NCBI GenBank assembly: GCA_963825055.1
Contig: CAWGSK010000009.1
Location: 1-64,000, forward strand
Direction: 5' to 3'
DNA from: an uncultured Gemmatimonadales bacterium
GTDB lineage: Bacteria; Gemmatimonadota; Gemmatimonadetes; Gemmatimonadales; GWC2-71-9
DNA length: 64,000 nucleotides
Shown piece after piece: positions 9,121-19,101 of the stretch; the first letter of the stretch is position 1, and each line of letters starts with the position of its first letter. The position numbers and the translations under genes were made by a program. The notes below the pieces were generated by a model, which was not told the DNA's origin, ran no database searches, and worked only from the letters and a program-made list of their open reading frames with translations.

Positions 9121-9158
9121 AAAGCTCCCTGGCAGCCCATGGCTGCCAGGGAGCTTTT
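9121..9158 (-). terminator. Intrinsic terminator hairpin downstream of PEP-CTERM paralog 2
   Basis: aaagctccctggcagcc-cat-ggctgccagggagcttt perfect inverted repeat with T runs on both strands. Confidence 0.8.
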
Positions 9159-9178
9159 CCCCTGAGCGACAGATCCGC

Positions 9179-9949
9179 TCAGACGACCGTGTTGCGATTC
9201 CGGCGGCGACGGATGAGGCCGGCACCACCCATACTGGCCAGTCCGGTGGCCAGCAGCGTCATGGTGATCGGTTCCGGGACGGCGGACGAGGCCGGGAAGC
9301 AGTTGGCCGGATACCCGCCCGGCGAATCCGCGGTCAGGCACTCGGTGCGCTGACCCGTCAGGGCGTTCTCGCCCCGGAACACGATGTCGCTCGTGTTCGG
9401 ATCCCAGCTGCCACCGGTGACCTGGAAGTTGAACGTCACCCAGCCCGAGCCCGGATCGCTGGCCGGATCGGCACAGGGATTCAGGTAGAGGTTGGGCGGC
9501 GAGCCACCAAGCGAGGCGGCCGAGGCGCACCCACTGGCAATACCGTTCTGAAGGCTGTTGCCGTTGGTCGTCTGGAAGTCGACGTCGAACGCGACCTTGC
9601 CGGTGTTGACCAGGTTCCAATTCCCCGGCGTGTCGCCAGGCCGGGCAGGACCGGAGGTTGCCAGCGACCCGGTCACGGCGGAGACACCCGACGGGACATT
9701 ATAGAAGCCGATCGAGTTGAGCACCGTGTTCGCCGGCGAGCTGACGCCAGTCACCGCGGAGTTGCCGGACAGGTTCCACACCCGCATTGTCACGTTGGAA
9801 CCCACCACGGTGATCTCGATGGAGGCACAGGTAGTGAACTGGTCACCGCCGCAGACCTGATAGCTCCGGAAGCCGTCAGCGTGGGCGGTAGCGGCCCCGG
9901 CGATTACCAGCCCGGCCGCGATGAGTGTCGAACGCTTGATGAGTGCCAT
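9179..9949 (-). CDS. PEP-CTERM sorting domain protein (paralog 2)
   Basis: Signal peptide ending AHA, then DGFRSYQVCGG; C-terminal VPEPITMTLLATGLASMGG-RRRRNRN. Confidence 0.92.
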   Translation of the reverse strand: MALIKRSTLIAAGLVIAGAATAHADGFRSYQVCGGDQFTTCASIEITVVGSNVTMRVWNLSGNSAVTGVSSPANTVLNSIGFYNVPSGVSAVTGSLATSGPARPGDTPGNWNLVNTGKVAFDVDFQTTNGNSLQNGIASGCASAASLGGSPPNLYLNPCADPASDPGSGWVTFNFQVTGGSWDPNTSDIVFRGENALTGQRTECLTADSPGGYPANCFPASSAVPEPITMTLLATGLASMGGAGLIRRRRNRNTVV

Positions 9950-10207
9950 GGTTCGCTCGGAAGACATAGGATTTGGTCCGGCCGTGATCACCAGCGATGC
10001 CGCCGTACCGAGGGGAACCCGACGTCGGTCACCTGCACACGCCAATGGCCGCATAAACTGCGCCTCGATATGGGCCGACTGGCAGTTGCCGCAAGTGGTT
10101 CACCGCAAGGAGCTTGGGAGGCGAAACGCGACGATCGGGTGAGCCGCCTGCGGCGCGGGTGTTGCGCACACTCTGCGGCAACACAGCATCATCATGCACA
10201 AGAACCG

Positions 10208-10243
10208 ATGCCCCCCGGCAGCCATGTGGCTGCCGGGGGGCAT
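10208..10243 (-). terminator. Hairpin downstream of PEP-CTERM paralog 3
   Basis: atgccccccggcagcc / ggctgccggggggcat inverted repeat; shares the GGCAGCC..GGCTGCC core with the 9121 hairpin. Confidence 0.7.
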
Positions 10244-10266
10244 CCCCGAGTCAGGCGAAGATCGCT

Positions 10267-11033
10267 CTAGACGACCGTGTTGCGATTCCGACGGCGGCGG
10301 ATCAGGCCGGCGCCACCCATGCTGGCAAGTCCGGTCGCCAGGAGCGTCATGGTGATCGGCTCCGGTGTGGCGGTGGCGAGGCAGTTGGCCGGACGGCCGC
10401 CCGGGGTGGAAGCTGTGTAGCACTCGACAGCCTGCCCGGTCAGACCATTCTGTCCGCGGAAGACGATGTCGGTCTGGCTCGGATCCCAGCTTCCACCAGA
10501 GATCTGGAAGTTGAAGGTCACCCAGTTGGCAGGGTTACTCAGGTCGGTGGTGCAAGGATTCTGGTACAACTGGGGGGCGTCCCCGGCAGGTCGGCCGGCG
10601 AGGCGCACCCGCTGGCAATCCCGTTCTTGATACCGGACGACGGGAGCACCGAATAGTCGACCGCGAACGCCACCTTGTTCAGGTTCTTGAGCTGCCAGTC
10701 GCCCGGGGTGTTGCCAGGCCGGGCGGGGCCGCTCATGGACAGGGACCCGCTCACCGCGGACACACCAGCGGGCACGTTGTAGAACCCGATGCCGTTGAAG
10801 ACCGTGTTCGCCGGGGTGGCGACGCCGGTAACGGCGGTGTTGCCGGACAGGTTCCACACCCGCATGGTGACATTGGAACCGACCACGCTGATCTGGATGG
10901 CCGCGCAGGTGACGAACGTGTCACCACCGCAGACCTGGTAGCTGCGGAAACCGTCGGCCCATGCTGGCGTTGCGCTGACGAGCGCCAGTGCACCGGCCAG
11001 GGACAGGACTGTCACGATCTTTTTCATAGCCAT
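10267..11033 (-). CDS. PEP-CTERM sorting domain protein (paralog 3), one frameshift at the G6 run 10572-10577
   Basis: N-terminal half in ORF 10539..11090 and C-terminal half in ORF 10267..10857. Adding one G restores GTPPQLYQNPC. Confidence 0.85.
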
Positions 11034-11093
11034 CTCGGGGAAAACAGTGGAGTCGGTATCCCGGAGTGGGATCGCCGATCGCGCAGTCATTAT

Positions 11094-11109
11094 TGCATTT
11101 GCCGGGCCA
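11094..11109 (-). promoter_or_regulatory. Putative sigma54 promoter TGGCCCGGCAAATGCA
   Basis: GG-N10-GC spacing upstream of paralog 3; IHF-like CAAGTATTTA and CAAGGAGTTG at about 11126-11150. Confidence 0.7.
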
Positions 11110-11214
11110 GACCATGTACAGCCGTCAAGTATTTACATGGCAAGGAGTTGAACAATCTTGCACCCCGGCCTGCCGGGCCCTCTTTCTGTGGGCTGTAGCG
11201 GAGGAGCCGCATCA

Positions 11215-11376
11215 GGTAGTGAGTGAGCAGGGGAGTAGGGAGTAGGGAGATAGGGAGTAGGCAGTAGGCAGCGGGGGTGGGGAGTGGGGGGGCGGTGGGC
11301 AGCAGACGATGGAAAAGACATCGGCCACCACCAACGGAGTTCCTCTCCCCTACTCCCTGCTCCCTGTTCCCCTCTC
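11215..11376. repeat. Degenerate bipartite element (GGGAGTA)n ... (CTCCCT[A/G])n
   Basis: G-rich arm about 11215-11296; complementary C-rich arm about 11341-11376. Confidence 0.75.
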
Positions 11377-11443
11377 ACATAACAAACGTCCCCCGGGGAA
11401 AGCCCGGGGGACGCTCGTCTGGAGAAGACTACCGCGACCGGTT

Positions 11444-12217
11444 TCAGGTCACGACGTTACGGTTCCTGCGACGGCGGAACAGGCCCGCGCCGCCCATGCT
11501 CGCCAGGCCGGTGGCCAGAAGCGTCATGGTGACTGGCTCCGGCACGGCCGAAGCGGCCGGGAAGCAGTTCGCCGGATATCCGGTCGGCGAATCCGCGGTC
11601 AGGCACTCGGTGCGCTGACCGGTCTGGGGGTTCTGGCCCCGCAGCACGATATCGCTCGTGTTCGGATCCCAGCTGCCACCGGTGACCTGGAAGTTGAACG
11701 TCACCCAGCCCGAGCCCGGATCGCTAGCGGGATCGGAGCACGGATTCATATAGAGATTCGGGCGGCGAGCATCCAAGCGGATCCAGCAGCGGCACAACCG
11801 CTCGCGATGCCGTTGGCAAGAGTTGTTCCCGCTCGTCACCTTGTAATCGACGTTAAAGGCCACCTTGCCGGTGTTCGAGAGGTTCCAGTTCCCCGGGGTG
11901 TCACCAGGCCGGGCCGGACCGCAGTCGCCAGTGATCCGGTCACTGCGGAAACCCCCGAGGGGACGTTATAGAACCCGATGGAGTTGAAAACCGTGTTGGC
12001 CGGCGAAGACTACGCCAGTGACCGCAGCGTTCCCGGAGAGGTTCCAGACTCGCATCGTTACGTTGGAGCCCACCACGTTGATCTCGATGGCGGCACAGGT
12101 TATGAACTAGTCACCCCCGCAGACCTGGTAACTGCGGAAGCCGTCGGCCCAGGCCGGCGTGGTGGCGACGAGCGCCAAACCCCCCGCCAGGGCGAGTATT
12201 GCACCGAATCGTTTCAT
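11444..12217 (-). pseudogene. PEP-CTERM paralog 4, disrupted by an in-frame TAG after CGGD and several frameshifts
   Basis: MKRFGAIL...DGFRSYQVCGGD-TAG where paralog 2 has CAG. The C-terminal VPEPVTMTLLATG-RRRR lies in another ORF. Confidence 0.75.
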
Positions 12218-12246
12218 GTGTTCTCCAGCGTTACTGTTGAATGAAT

Positions 12247-12744
12247 CTATTCGTTCCCCGAATAGCGCCAGGCAGCCCACCCGATCCACCCGAACATCAC
12301 TATGTACATCGCTGCCTGAGCAAGCGTCTTCACGATCGACCGCGTGAGTCCGAGACGGGCCACAGGGTCCGTCACCGCCTCGCGAGCCGCACCGAGGGTC
12401 GGGAGATACAACAATAGGCAGCCGACCAGGATGATCGCCATGAGCCAGATCACAACCGCGACGACCCGGACCTGCATCCTCCGTCCCCTGACCACCGCCG
12501 CTGCCATCAGCAGGACGAGCCCCAGGGCGAGAAGGGGAATGTTGTTCAGGGTGGCCGTAACCGTCCCGAACTTCCATTCCACGTCATTGAAGAATGCCGG
12601 ATACCAGACCACGAGGTTGTCCACGCCCGAGATCAGGGCGAAAACGAGCCCCATGGCCCCCAGAAGGTACCAGGCCGCCTCCGGCCGCGGCGCCATCGCC
12701 CGCTTGCTGCGTGCCTCGCGGACCAGAATCTTCGCCGGCGTCAC
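12247..12744 (-). CDS. Four-TM membrane protein, HpsJ-like
   Basis: P..F.N..EWKFGTV...LNNIPLLALGL motif. GTG start after GAGG (start uncertain). Confidence 0.65.
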   Translation of the reverse strand: MTPAKILVREARSKRAMAPRPEAAWYLLGAMGLVFALISGVDNLVVWYPAFFNDVEWKFGTVTATLNNIPLLALGLVLLMAAAVVRGRRMQVRVVAVVIWLMAIILVGCLLLYLPTLGAAREAVTDPVARLGLTRSIVKTLAQAAMYIVMFGWIGWAAWRYSGNE

Positions 12745-12788
12745 CGGGAAACCTCGACACAAAGTGCCATGGCTTCAGGACTTAACAT

Positions 12789-12804
12789 TGCAAGCCTCGC
12801 GCCA
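12789..12804 (-). promoter_or_regulatory. Putative sigma54 promoter TGGCGCGAGGCTTGCA
   Basis: GG-N10-GC with TTGCA; IHF-like CAAGAGCTTA at 12831-12840 on the minus strand. Confidence 0.75.
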
Positions 12805-12970
12805 AGGTGAGTGATGAGGGCGGACAGTCATAAGCTCTTGCCGCCCAATTAGTTAACACCACAAAAACAATACACTTGATCCCGAACGCCTTCCGACTGT
12901 TGTGGGAGGGCCGCACCAGACGGCACGAAAGCAACCAGTTTTCGGAAGACTGCTCGAAGTTGCATGCCAT

Positions 12971-13477
12971 CTATTGCACTGCTGTCGGGCGCCTGCCCGT
13001 AAACCGGAAGGCACCTATGCCCACCCACAGGAAACCGATGGGATACACCGCGGCCTGAACCGCGGCCTTGGTCGCCGCCTTCTTGACCCCGGTCAGGATC
13101 TCGGGCCGCGCGTAATTCTGCGGCCGCAGCGCCTGGGGCAGCACGGTTGCATAGAGCAGTGCCGCCGCCAGCACGATGAGCGCGAGCAGGATCAGGCACA
13201 GGCCCGCCAATCGGGCCAGCCACGGCCGGCCCCGTGCCACCCCCGCCGCGACGAGGAGTGACAATCCGATCACGACGAGCGGAAGGCTGTCCAGAAAGGC
13301 GTTGACCGTCCCGAATTCCCACTCGGGATTCCCGATCCGAAAGGGGAGGAGAATCGTACCGAGAGTGACGAAGCCCACCACGGTAAATGCCACCCCGAGG
13401 AAGGTGAGCATGCCCCAGGACAGGGGGTGGGCGGCGATGTCCTCGAACGGCGCGACTTCGGCCGCGGTGGCTCTCAT
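12971..13477 (-). CDS. Four-TM membrane protein, HpsJ-like (paralog of the 12247 gene)
   Basis: PFRIGNPEWEFGTVNAFLDSLPLVVIGL motif and four hydrophobic segments. Confidence 0.7.
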   Translation of the reverse strand: MRATAAEVAPFEDIAAHPLSWGMLTFLGVAFTVVGFVTLGTILLPFRIGNPEWEFGTVNAFLDSLPLVVIGLSLLVAAGVARGRPWLARLAGLCLILLALIVLAAALLYATVLPQALRPQNYARPEILTGVKKAATKAAVQAAVYPIGFLWVGIGAFRFTGRRPTAVQ

Positions 13478-13541
13478 GGGCGTTCCGGGTTCGAGTGGGA
13501 TCCGGCGCTATCATAACGCCAACCGGCACCGTATGAAACTC

Positions 13542-14531
13542 TCATGTGACGTTGACCTCCCCGACCGACCTCGGCTGGAGGTACCAGACTCCGCCGCCGG
13601 CGGGGACCAGCAGCCCGGTCGCCGACACGGAGGCGCCGGGCACAAACTGCGACCGCGTGGGCGCGAGCGCCGTGTCGAAGAACACGGACAGCAGACCGCT
13701 GCTGTCATTCACCCGCACCCGGAAACGGCCGTTCACGGTGGCGGTGTCCTGGATGATCGCGCCAGTGATGTGCACCAGCCGCGCATCGGCCGCACCACCC
13801 GCCGCGTTCAATGCAACGCCAGTCGCCACGGTGTCCGGCGGGGGCGGCTGCCCCGGCTTGAAGACGTAGATCCGTGCCTCCGAGAGGATCCCCTGCCCCA
13901 GCGCGGCGCCGGTGGTTCCCACGACGCGGACGCTGTCGCCCGGGATGGTGGCAGGGCCGCCATTGCGTGACCCCGGCATCCGGATCGCCGCCTGGGGATC
14001 CCCGATGAACGACGCGGAGTCGGAGAAGGTGGAGGGCGTCGCGTAGATGAGGCCGGTCACGAGTACGCGTTCACCGGCGACCAGCGCCTTTGCCTCCGTG
14101 ATGCTGTAGCGCGGGTAGCCCACCCGCCATGTCGCCACGCCGAAAGGCGCCTCGCTCCGGAGCGTGACGATGGGGTGGTCCAGGCTCTCCACCCGGACCG
14201 AATCGCCCACGGAGGCGCTGTCGATCAACAGCCGGTAGCTCCCCAGCGGCAGGTCGGGGAAGACCACGAGACCCAGCGTGTCGGTGACCCCGGGTCCGAC
14301 GGTGTCCGTGCCGCCGAGGGCCACCAGCCGCACGCGCACGGACTTGAGGGCGGTGTCGAGCGGGTTCGGCGTGGTGGAGCCGTCGCGGTCCAGGTAGACG
14401 AAGGCGGTGACCTGCCCGGTGCCGCTCGACCCGAAGCCGAGATCCTCACCCGCATTGCCGCAGGCCCAGGCCCCGGAGAGGGCGAGCCCCCACAGGACGA
14501 CCCGCTGGAAGACGCCACGATGTCCCATCAT
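13542..14531 (-). CDS. Putative lipoprotein with SdrD-B/prealbumin-like and OB-fold-like domains
   Basis: AWAC lipobox and VYLDRDG motif; overlaps the receptor gene stop. Confidence 0.65.
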   Translation of the reverse strand: MMGHRGVFQRVVLWGLALSGAWACGNAGEDLGFGSSGTGQVTAFVYLDRDGSTTPNPLDTALKSVRVRLVALGGTDTVGPGVTDTLGLVVFPDLPLGSYRLLIDSASVGDSVRVESLDHPIVTLRSEAPFGVATWRVGYPRYSITEAKALVAGERVLVTGLIYATPSTFSDSASFIGDPQAAIRMPGSRNGGPATIPGDSVRVVGTTGAALGQGILSEARIYVFKPGQPPPPDTVATGVALNAAGGAADARLVHITGAIIQDTATVNGRFRVRVNDSSGLLSVFFDTALAPTRSQFVPGASVSATGLLVPAGGGVWYLQPRSVGEVNVT

Positions 14532-17500
14532 TCCCCCACTCGCAGTCCGATGCGGATCAGTCTGTCCCCGCCCCGGCGGCTCTGGATCGTGCCGAAGGCG
14601 GGATTCCCCATGAAGGGGATGACCAGGTTGCCGTTGCCGTCGCTCACGATCGGCTGGCCCGGGTCCACCAGCAGGGCCGCATGGTCCCGGAGGCCGGAGG
14701 CGGTCGCCACCACGTTGAAGGCGTCCACCGTGAGGTAGAGCGGCGCACCGAGGCTCCGGACGCCGAGCCCGACGACGACGCGCAGGTCCAGGGCGTGGCG
14801 CGCCGGATCGCGACAGCTGTTCCGCCCGACGAACTGCCCGGCCTGGTCACCCAGGCAGGCGTTGGCGGACACCAGCTCGGGCACACCCGGGAGTGTCGGA
14901 TCCACGAAGACGGGATCGTTCCGGCCCGAGCCGTCGCCGTTGACGTCCACACCGTCCCGGAACCCGGGCGTGAACGGCAGGCCGCTCCGGAACCGGTAAC
15001 GCGCGCCCAGCGTGACGTCGAGCGAGGAAGGCACCCGGTACTCGAGCGCGACGGTGGCGCGATGGGGGATGTCCAGGTCCGAACGCCCATCCTGCCAGTC
15101 CTGGCTCGAGGGCTGCCCGGGGAACGGCGAGAGCAGGTCGGCCGGGTCTCCGCTCACGGCGAGCGGGGTGTTGTCGGTGGTGCGGGAGAACGTGTAGGCC
15201 GCTTCCAGCGACAGGCCCTCGGCCATCGGGCGGCTCAGCGAGAGCGTGACACCGTAGTAGTCGGCAAACCCCGTGGGAGCGACCCCCAGCACCATGTCGT
15301 AGCCGGACACCAGGCGGTTGCTGCCGGGCTGGACGACGATGCCCCCGCCCTGCTTCACCAGCGTGCCGTAGACCGCGCGGCCTTCCTGCGTCGCGCCGGT
15401 GACGCCGGCGGCGAGGTTCAGGTCGGTACGACGCGGCAGGTAGTCGGTGTGGAAGTAGTGCCCCGTCACACCGATGGTCGCTCCCCCGAGCAGACGCGAA
15501 ATCCCCAGCGAGAGCTTGGCGGTACGCGGGTCCTGGTAGCTGTCCTTGAAGAGCGTGAGGCGTCGCTCGGCGAAGGGGACGGCGGTCGTGTCCACCGCCG
15601 GCCACGCCGCGAGGCTGCCCACCGCACGGCGGACCCGGACTCCCCCGTCGTACTGAATGGCCTCGCTGAAGAGCGCGAGGTCCATCCCGTGATAGAACCA
15701 CCCACCACCCCCCTCGACCCGCCAGTCACCCCTGGCGCTGGTCCAGGCGAAGCTGCCGACCGGCGCCAGGTTGTTCCGGTCCCGAACCTGGAGCAGCGGC
15801 ACGAAGCCGGTCGCGTTGGTCCATCCCTGATCCAGGCCGATCGCCGTCTTCGGCAGAGCCTGCACCTCGAAGCGCACCCCGGCGCGTACCTCCAGCCGGT
15901 CGGTGGGGCGCCAGGTGTCTTCGCAAAGGCCGCCGCGTTCTTGCTGGAGAACGAGACCGCGCCCGCGGTATCCCGCGCCTGGTAGAACGCGCCGATGCCC
16001 TGGGCGAAACGGTCCAGGTCGCCGAAGGTGAAGACGCCGGCGCCGGCATAGAGATAGTCCTGTTCCCACCGGACGAACTCGCCGAGCACGCCGAGCTTCA
16101 CGCGGTGGCGGTCGCCGAGCGGGACCTGAACCGCATCGGAAAGGTGAAACACCCGGGTGGTGAAGTCAGCCGGCAGCGTCGCGGCGATGCCGATGGCGGC
16201 GCCTTCCGCGGCAAAGCGCGTCTCCGGCAGCGGGCTCGCGATCCAGTCGCGATGGGCCCGGCGGAGGCCGGCGCGGAACTCGTTGGTGAGCTGCCCCGGC
16301 GTGGAGGTGAGCGCCACCATGGCGGAAGCGTCGGAGGCCTCGAGCCTGCTGCCGACGCCGGACACGAGCGATGCGCCGAGGAGGGGGTTCTGCTCCTTCC
16401 AGCTGGCGTACGCCATCCGGGCCATCAGGGTGTGCCCCGGCGCCAGGCGATAGTCCAGGCGCCCGAATCCGTTGCCACCCCTCCAGCTCCTCAGGGTCGG
16501 GACGGTATACACGCCGACATTGACCCCGAAACTGTCGGCAGCCAGCGCCGTCAGCGTCGAGGCGAGCGGCACGGGCCCGCCGTTGAACGTGGCGTCATCT
16601 CCCCACGGAGCGGCGCCGGGAGTCTCGAGGCTCTGGTATTCCCCGCCCGCGAGATACCGGCCCGCTCCGCCCGCGAGCCGGCCCCGGACCACGGCGCCAC
16701 CCTGCAGGGAAGTCGCGGAGCTGTCGGCGGGGTTGTCCTCGCTTCGGCCGCCCAGCCCGCTGCTTCCGAAGCTCACCCAGGGCGAGAAGCGCGCCCCTTC
16801 ACTCCCGCGCCGCGACGTGACCGAAAGCAGCCCTCCACCCGTGCCCATCCATTCGGCGTCGCTCGCGTCATCGAGGGCCAGCGCCGCCCCCAGGCTCGAG
16901 CGGGAGAAGACCGGCGCGGAAGCCGGCTCGCCGGGGAGACCGGGATGGCGGATCAGGAACTCCTCGACCCCGTCCACATAGAGTCGGCTGAACCCGGCGG
17001 GAAGCCCCCCCGACATGACGGCAAGGCCCTCGCGGCCGTCACCGGATTGCGCGAAGGTGTTCAGGTCGCGGCCCAGGTCCGTGACGGCGCGGCGGCGGTC
17101 GAAACGACGAACCCAGGCCGGCGCGTCCTCACCCTGGCCCAGGATGGAAGACACCATTCCGGGCTCGACCGTACGATCCTCCACGGTCTCCACCGGCGGC
17201 GGCCGCCGCTCGAGCGTGATGGTGACATGGACCCGCTCCCCCGCCCGCACGACGAGGCCGTGCTGCCGTACCGGCTGGTACCCCGCCGCCTCGGCCAGGA
17301 CGGTGTACGTGCCCGGCGCAACCACGGCAAAGCCGAATTCTCCGTCGCGCCTGGTGTAGAAGACCTCTGTACCGAGGGCCTCCGGTCCGGCGAGTTCGAG
17401 CCTCGCCTCCGGAAGCGGCTCGCCCTCCGCGACGGTCACCCGGCCTGAGATGGATCCCGACACGACGCTCTGGGCGTGAAGGACGGCCGGCAGGAACAGG

Positions 17501-17550
17501 ACCGGGGCAAGCAAGGCGAGACGGCGAATCGTGCGCTGGAAAGGGAGCAT
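14528..17550 (-). CDS. TonB-dependent/Oar-like outer membrane receptor with N-terminal carboxypeptidase-regulatory-like domain; frameshift near 15922
   Basis: Signal peptide, SGSISGRV..PGTYTVLAEAAGY, beta-barrel strands and DVNGDG motif. Two ORFs join as AFAEDTW if one base is added. Confidence 0.8.
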
Positions 17551-17638
17551 GAAGGCTTTGGGAAAAGGGATAACCAAATCTACGAGGCGAAGGGGGGGCT
17601 GGATAGGGGGAGGAAGGAAACAGCGTCAACGATAAAAA

Positions 17639-17817
17639 AACGGTGAACGGTGAACGGTGGATGGTGAACGGCAAACAACGGTGAACGGTGAGCGGTGAGC
17701 GGTAAGCGGGAACTGCCTCGCAAGGGTGGATTCGAGTTTGAGGTGCAATTCCGTTCAGCGTTCACCGCTTCGACGCTTACCGCTCACCGCTTACTGCTTA
17801 CCGCTCACCCTTTACCA
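17639..17817. repeat. Bipartite inverted element (CGGTGA[A/G])n ... (T[T/C]ACCG[C/T])n
   Basis: Left arm about 17639-17710, right arm about 17750-17817; arms mutually complementary; lies between divergent genes. Confidence 0.9.
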
Positions 17818-17847
17818 GTTTCCCCGCGCCGGGTCTAGTTTTGTCCC

Positions 17848-19092
17848 GTGCCCCGCTCCTCCCTGGCCGGCCTCGCCTTCGTGGCCGCCGGCATCGCGTT
17901 CATCGCCGCCATGACCCTCGTGCCCCGACCCTCTGACCAGGAGGTGGTCGTGCTGACGGGGCTGGCCTGTCTGGTCTGCGGGCAGCTCGGCCTGGTGGAC
18001 GTGATCCTCAATGTGCTGCTGTTCATCCCGTTCGGCATCGGGCTGGGGCTGCTCGACTGGCGGGGCCGCCGGACGCTCCTGCTCGTGGCAGCCACGACCC
18101 TCCTGATCGAGACCCTGCAACTCGGCATCATCGCGGGTCGCGATTCGAGCCTGAGCGACCTGCTGACCAACACGGCCGGCGGCATGCTTGGCTGGTGGAT
18201 GGCGCGCCACTGGCGCGACTTCATTCTGCCCGCACCGGGGCGCGCGCGCCGGCTGGCCACCGCATGGGGGATCGGCTGGGTGCTGCTGGAGGCGCTCACG
18301 GCCGCCGCACTGCAACCGGCACCACCCCCGGCCACCTGGTACGGTCAGCGCGCGCCGGAGCTGGCGCAGTTCGACCAGTTCCGGGGCACGCTCCTGGAAG
18401 CCCACCTGAACGGTGACTCCCTGCCGAGCGCGCCGCTGCCGAACACCGCGGCGGCGCGGGCCCTGCTCGCGGCCGGACAGTTGACGCTGACGGCCCGGGT
18501 GGTTCCCGGCGCGCCGACGGCCTCCTTCGCGCCGATCGCGAGCGTCTATGATGGCGGCCAGCGGGAGGCTGCACTCCTGGGACGGGATGGCGACGATCTC
18601 ATTTTCCGGGTGCGCCTCCGCGCGTCGGACTTCCGCCTCCGCGGCCCGACGCTTCGACTGCCGGATGCCTTCGGGGGCCATGCCCGGGATACGCTGCTGG
18701 TCGAGGGCATGTACGGTGGCGGCCACCTGGAGGCGATGGTGGAGGGCGACCACGGGATCATGGACCGCCGGGCGGTGCCCCTCTCCCCGAGCTGGGGCTG
18801 GAGCATGGTGATGCCGTACCGCTATGCGTTCGGTAACTCACTCCGCTTCCTGACCATGCTCTGGATCGCCGGCCTTCTGGCACCGATTGGCTGGTGGGCG
18901 GCACGCGCCGGGGCCGGGATACGGGCGGAGTGGCGCTTCGCCCCCGTGCTCGCCGTGCCCGTCCTGGGACTTGGCGTGGTGCCCGTCCTCTGGGGACTTC
19001 CGCCGGTCCATCCCACCGAGTGGCTGGCCGCCGCCCTCGGGCTTGCACTCGGGCTGGCCCCGGTGGCGCTCGGACGCCAGCGAATGCAGTAG
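17848..19092 (+). CDS. VanZ family membrane protein
   Basis: DVILNVLLFIPFG, IETLQ and GRDSSLSDLLTNTAGG motifs. Confidence 0.8.
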   Translation: MPRSSLAGLAFVAAGIAFIAAMTLVPRPSDQEVVVLTGLACLVCGQLGLVDVILNVLLFIPFGIGLGLLDWRGRRTLLLVAATTLLIETLQLGIIAGRDSSLSDLLTNTAGGMLGWWMARHWRDFILPAPGRARRLATAWGIGWVLLEALTAAALQPAPPPATWYGQRAPELAQFDQFRGTLLEAHLNGDSLPSAPLPNTAAARALLAAGQLTLTARVVPGAPTASFAPIASVYDGGQREAALLGRDGDDLIFRVRLRASDFRLRGPTLRLPDAFGGHARDTLLVEGMYGGGHLEAMVEGDHGIMDRRAVPLSPSWGWSMVMPYRYAFGNSLRFLTMLWIAGLLAPIGWWAARAGAGIRAEWRFAPVLAVPVLGLGVVPVLWGLPPVHPTEWLAAALGLALGLAPVALGRQRMQ

Positions 19093-19101
19093 GTTTCTCC
19101 A

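Noticed and set aside
13484..13505. GGTTCGAGT T-loop-like motif (also GATTCGAGT near 17730)
   Set aside because: No T-stem, cloverleaf or CCA end; not a tRNA.
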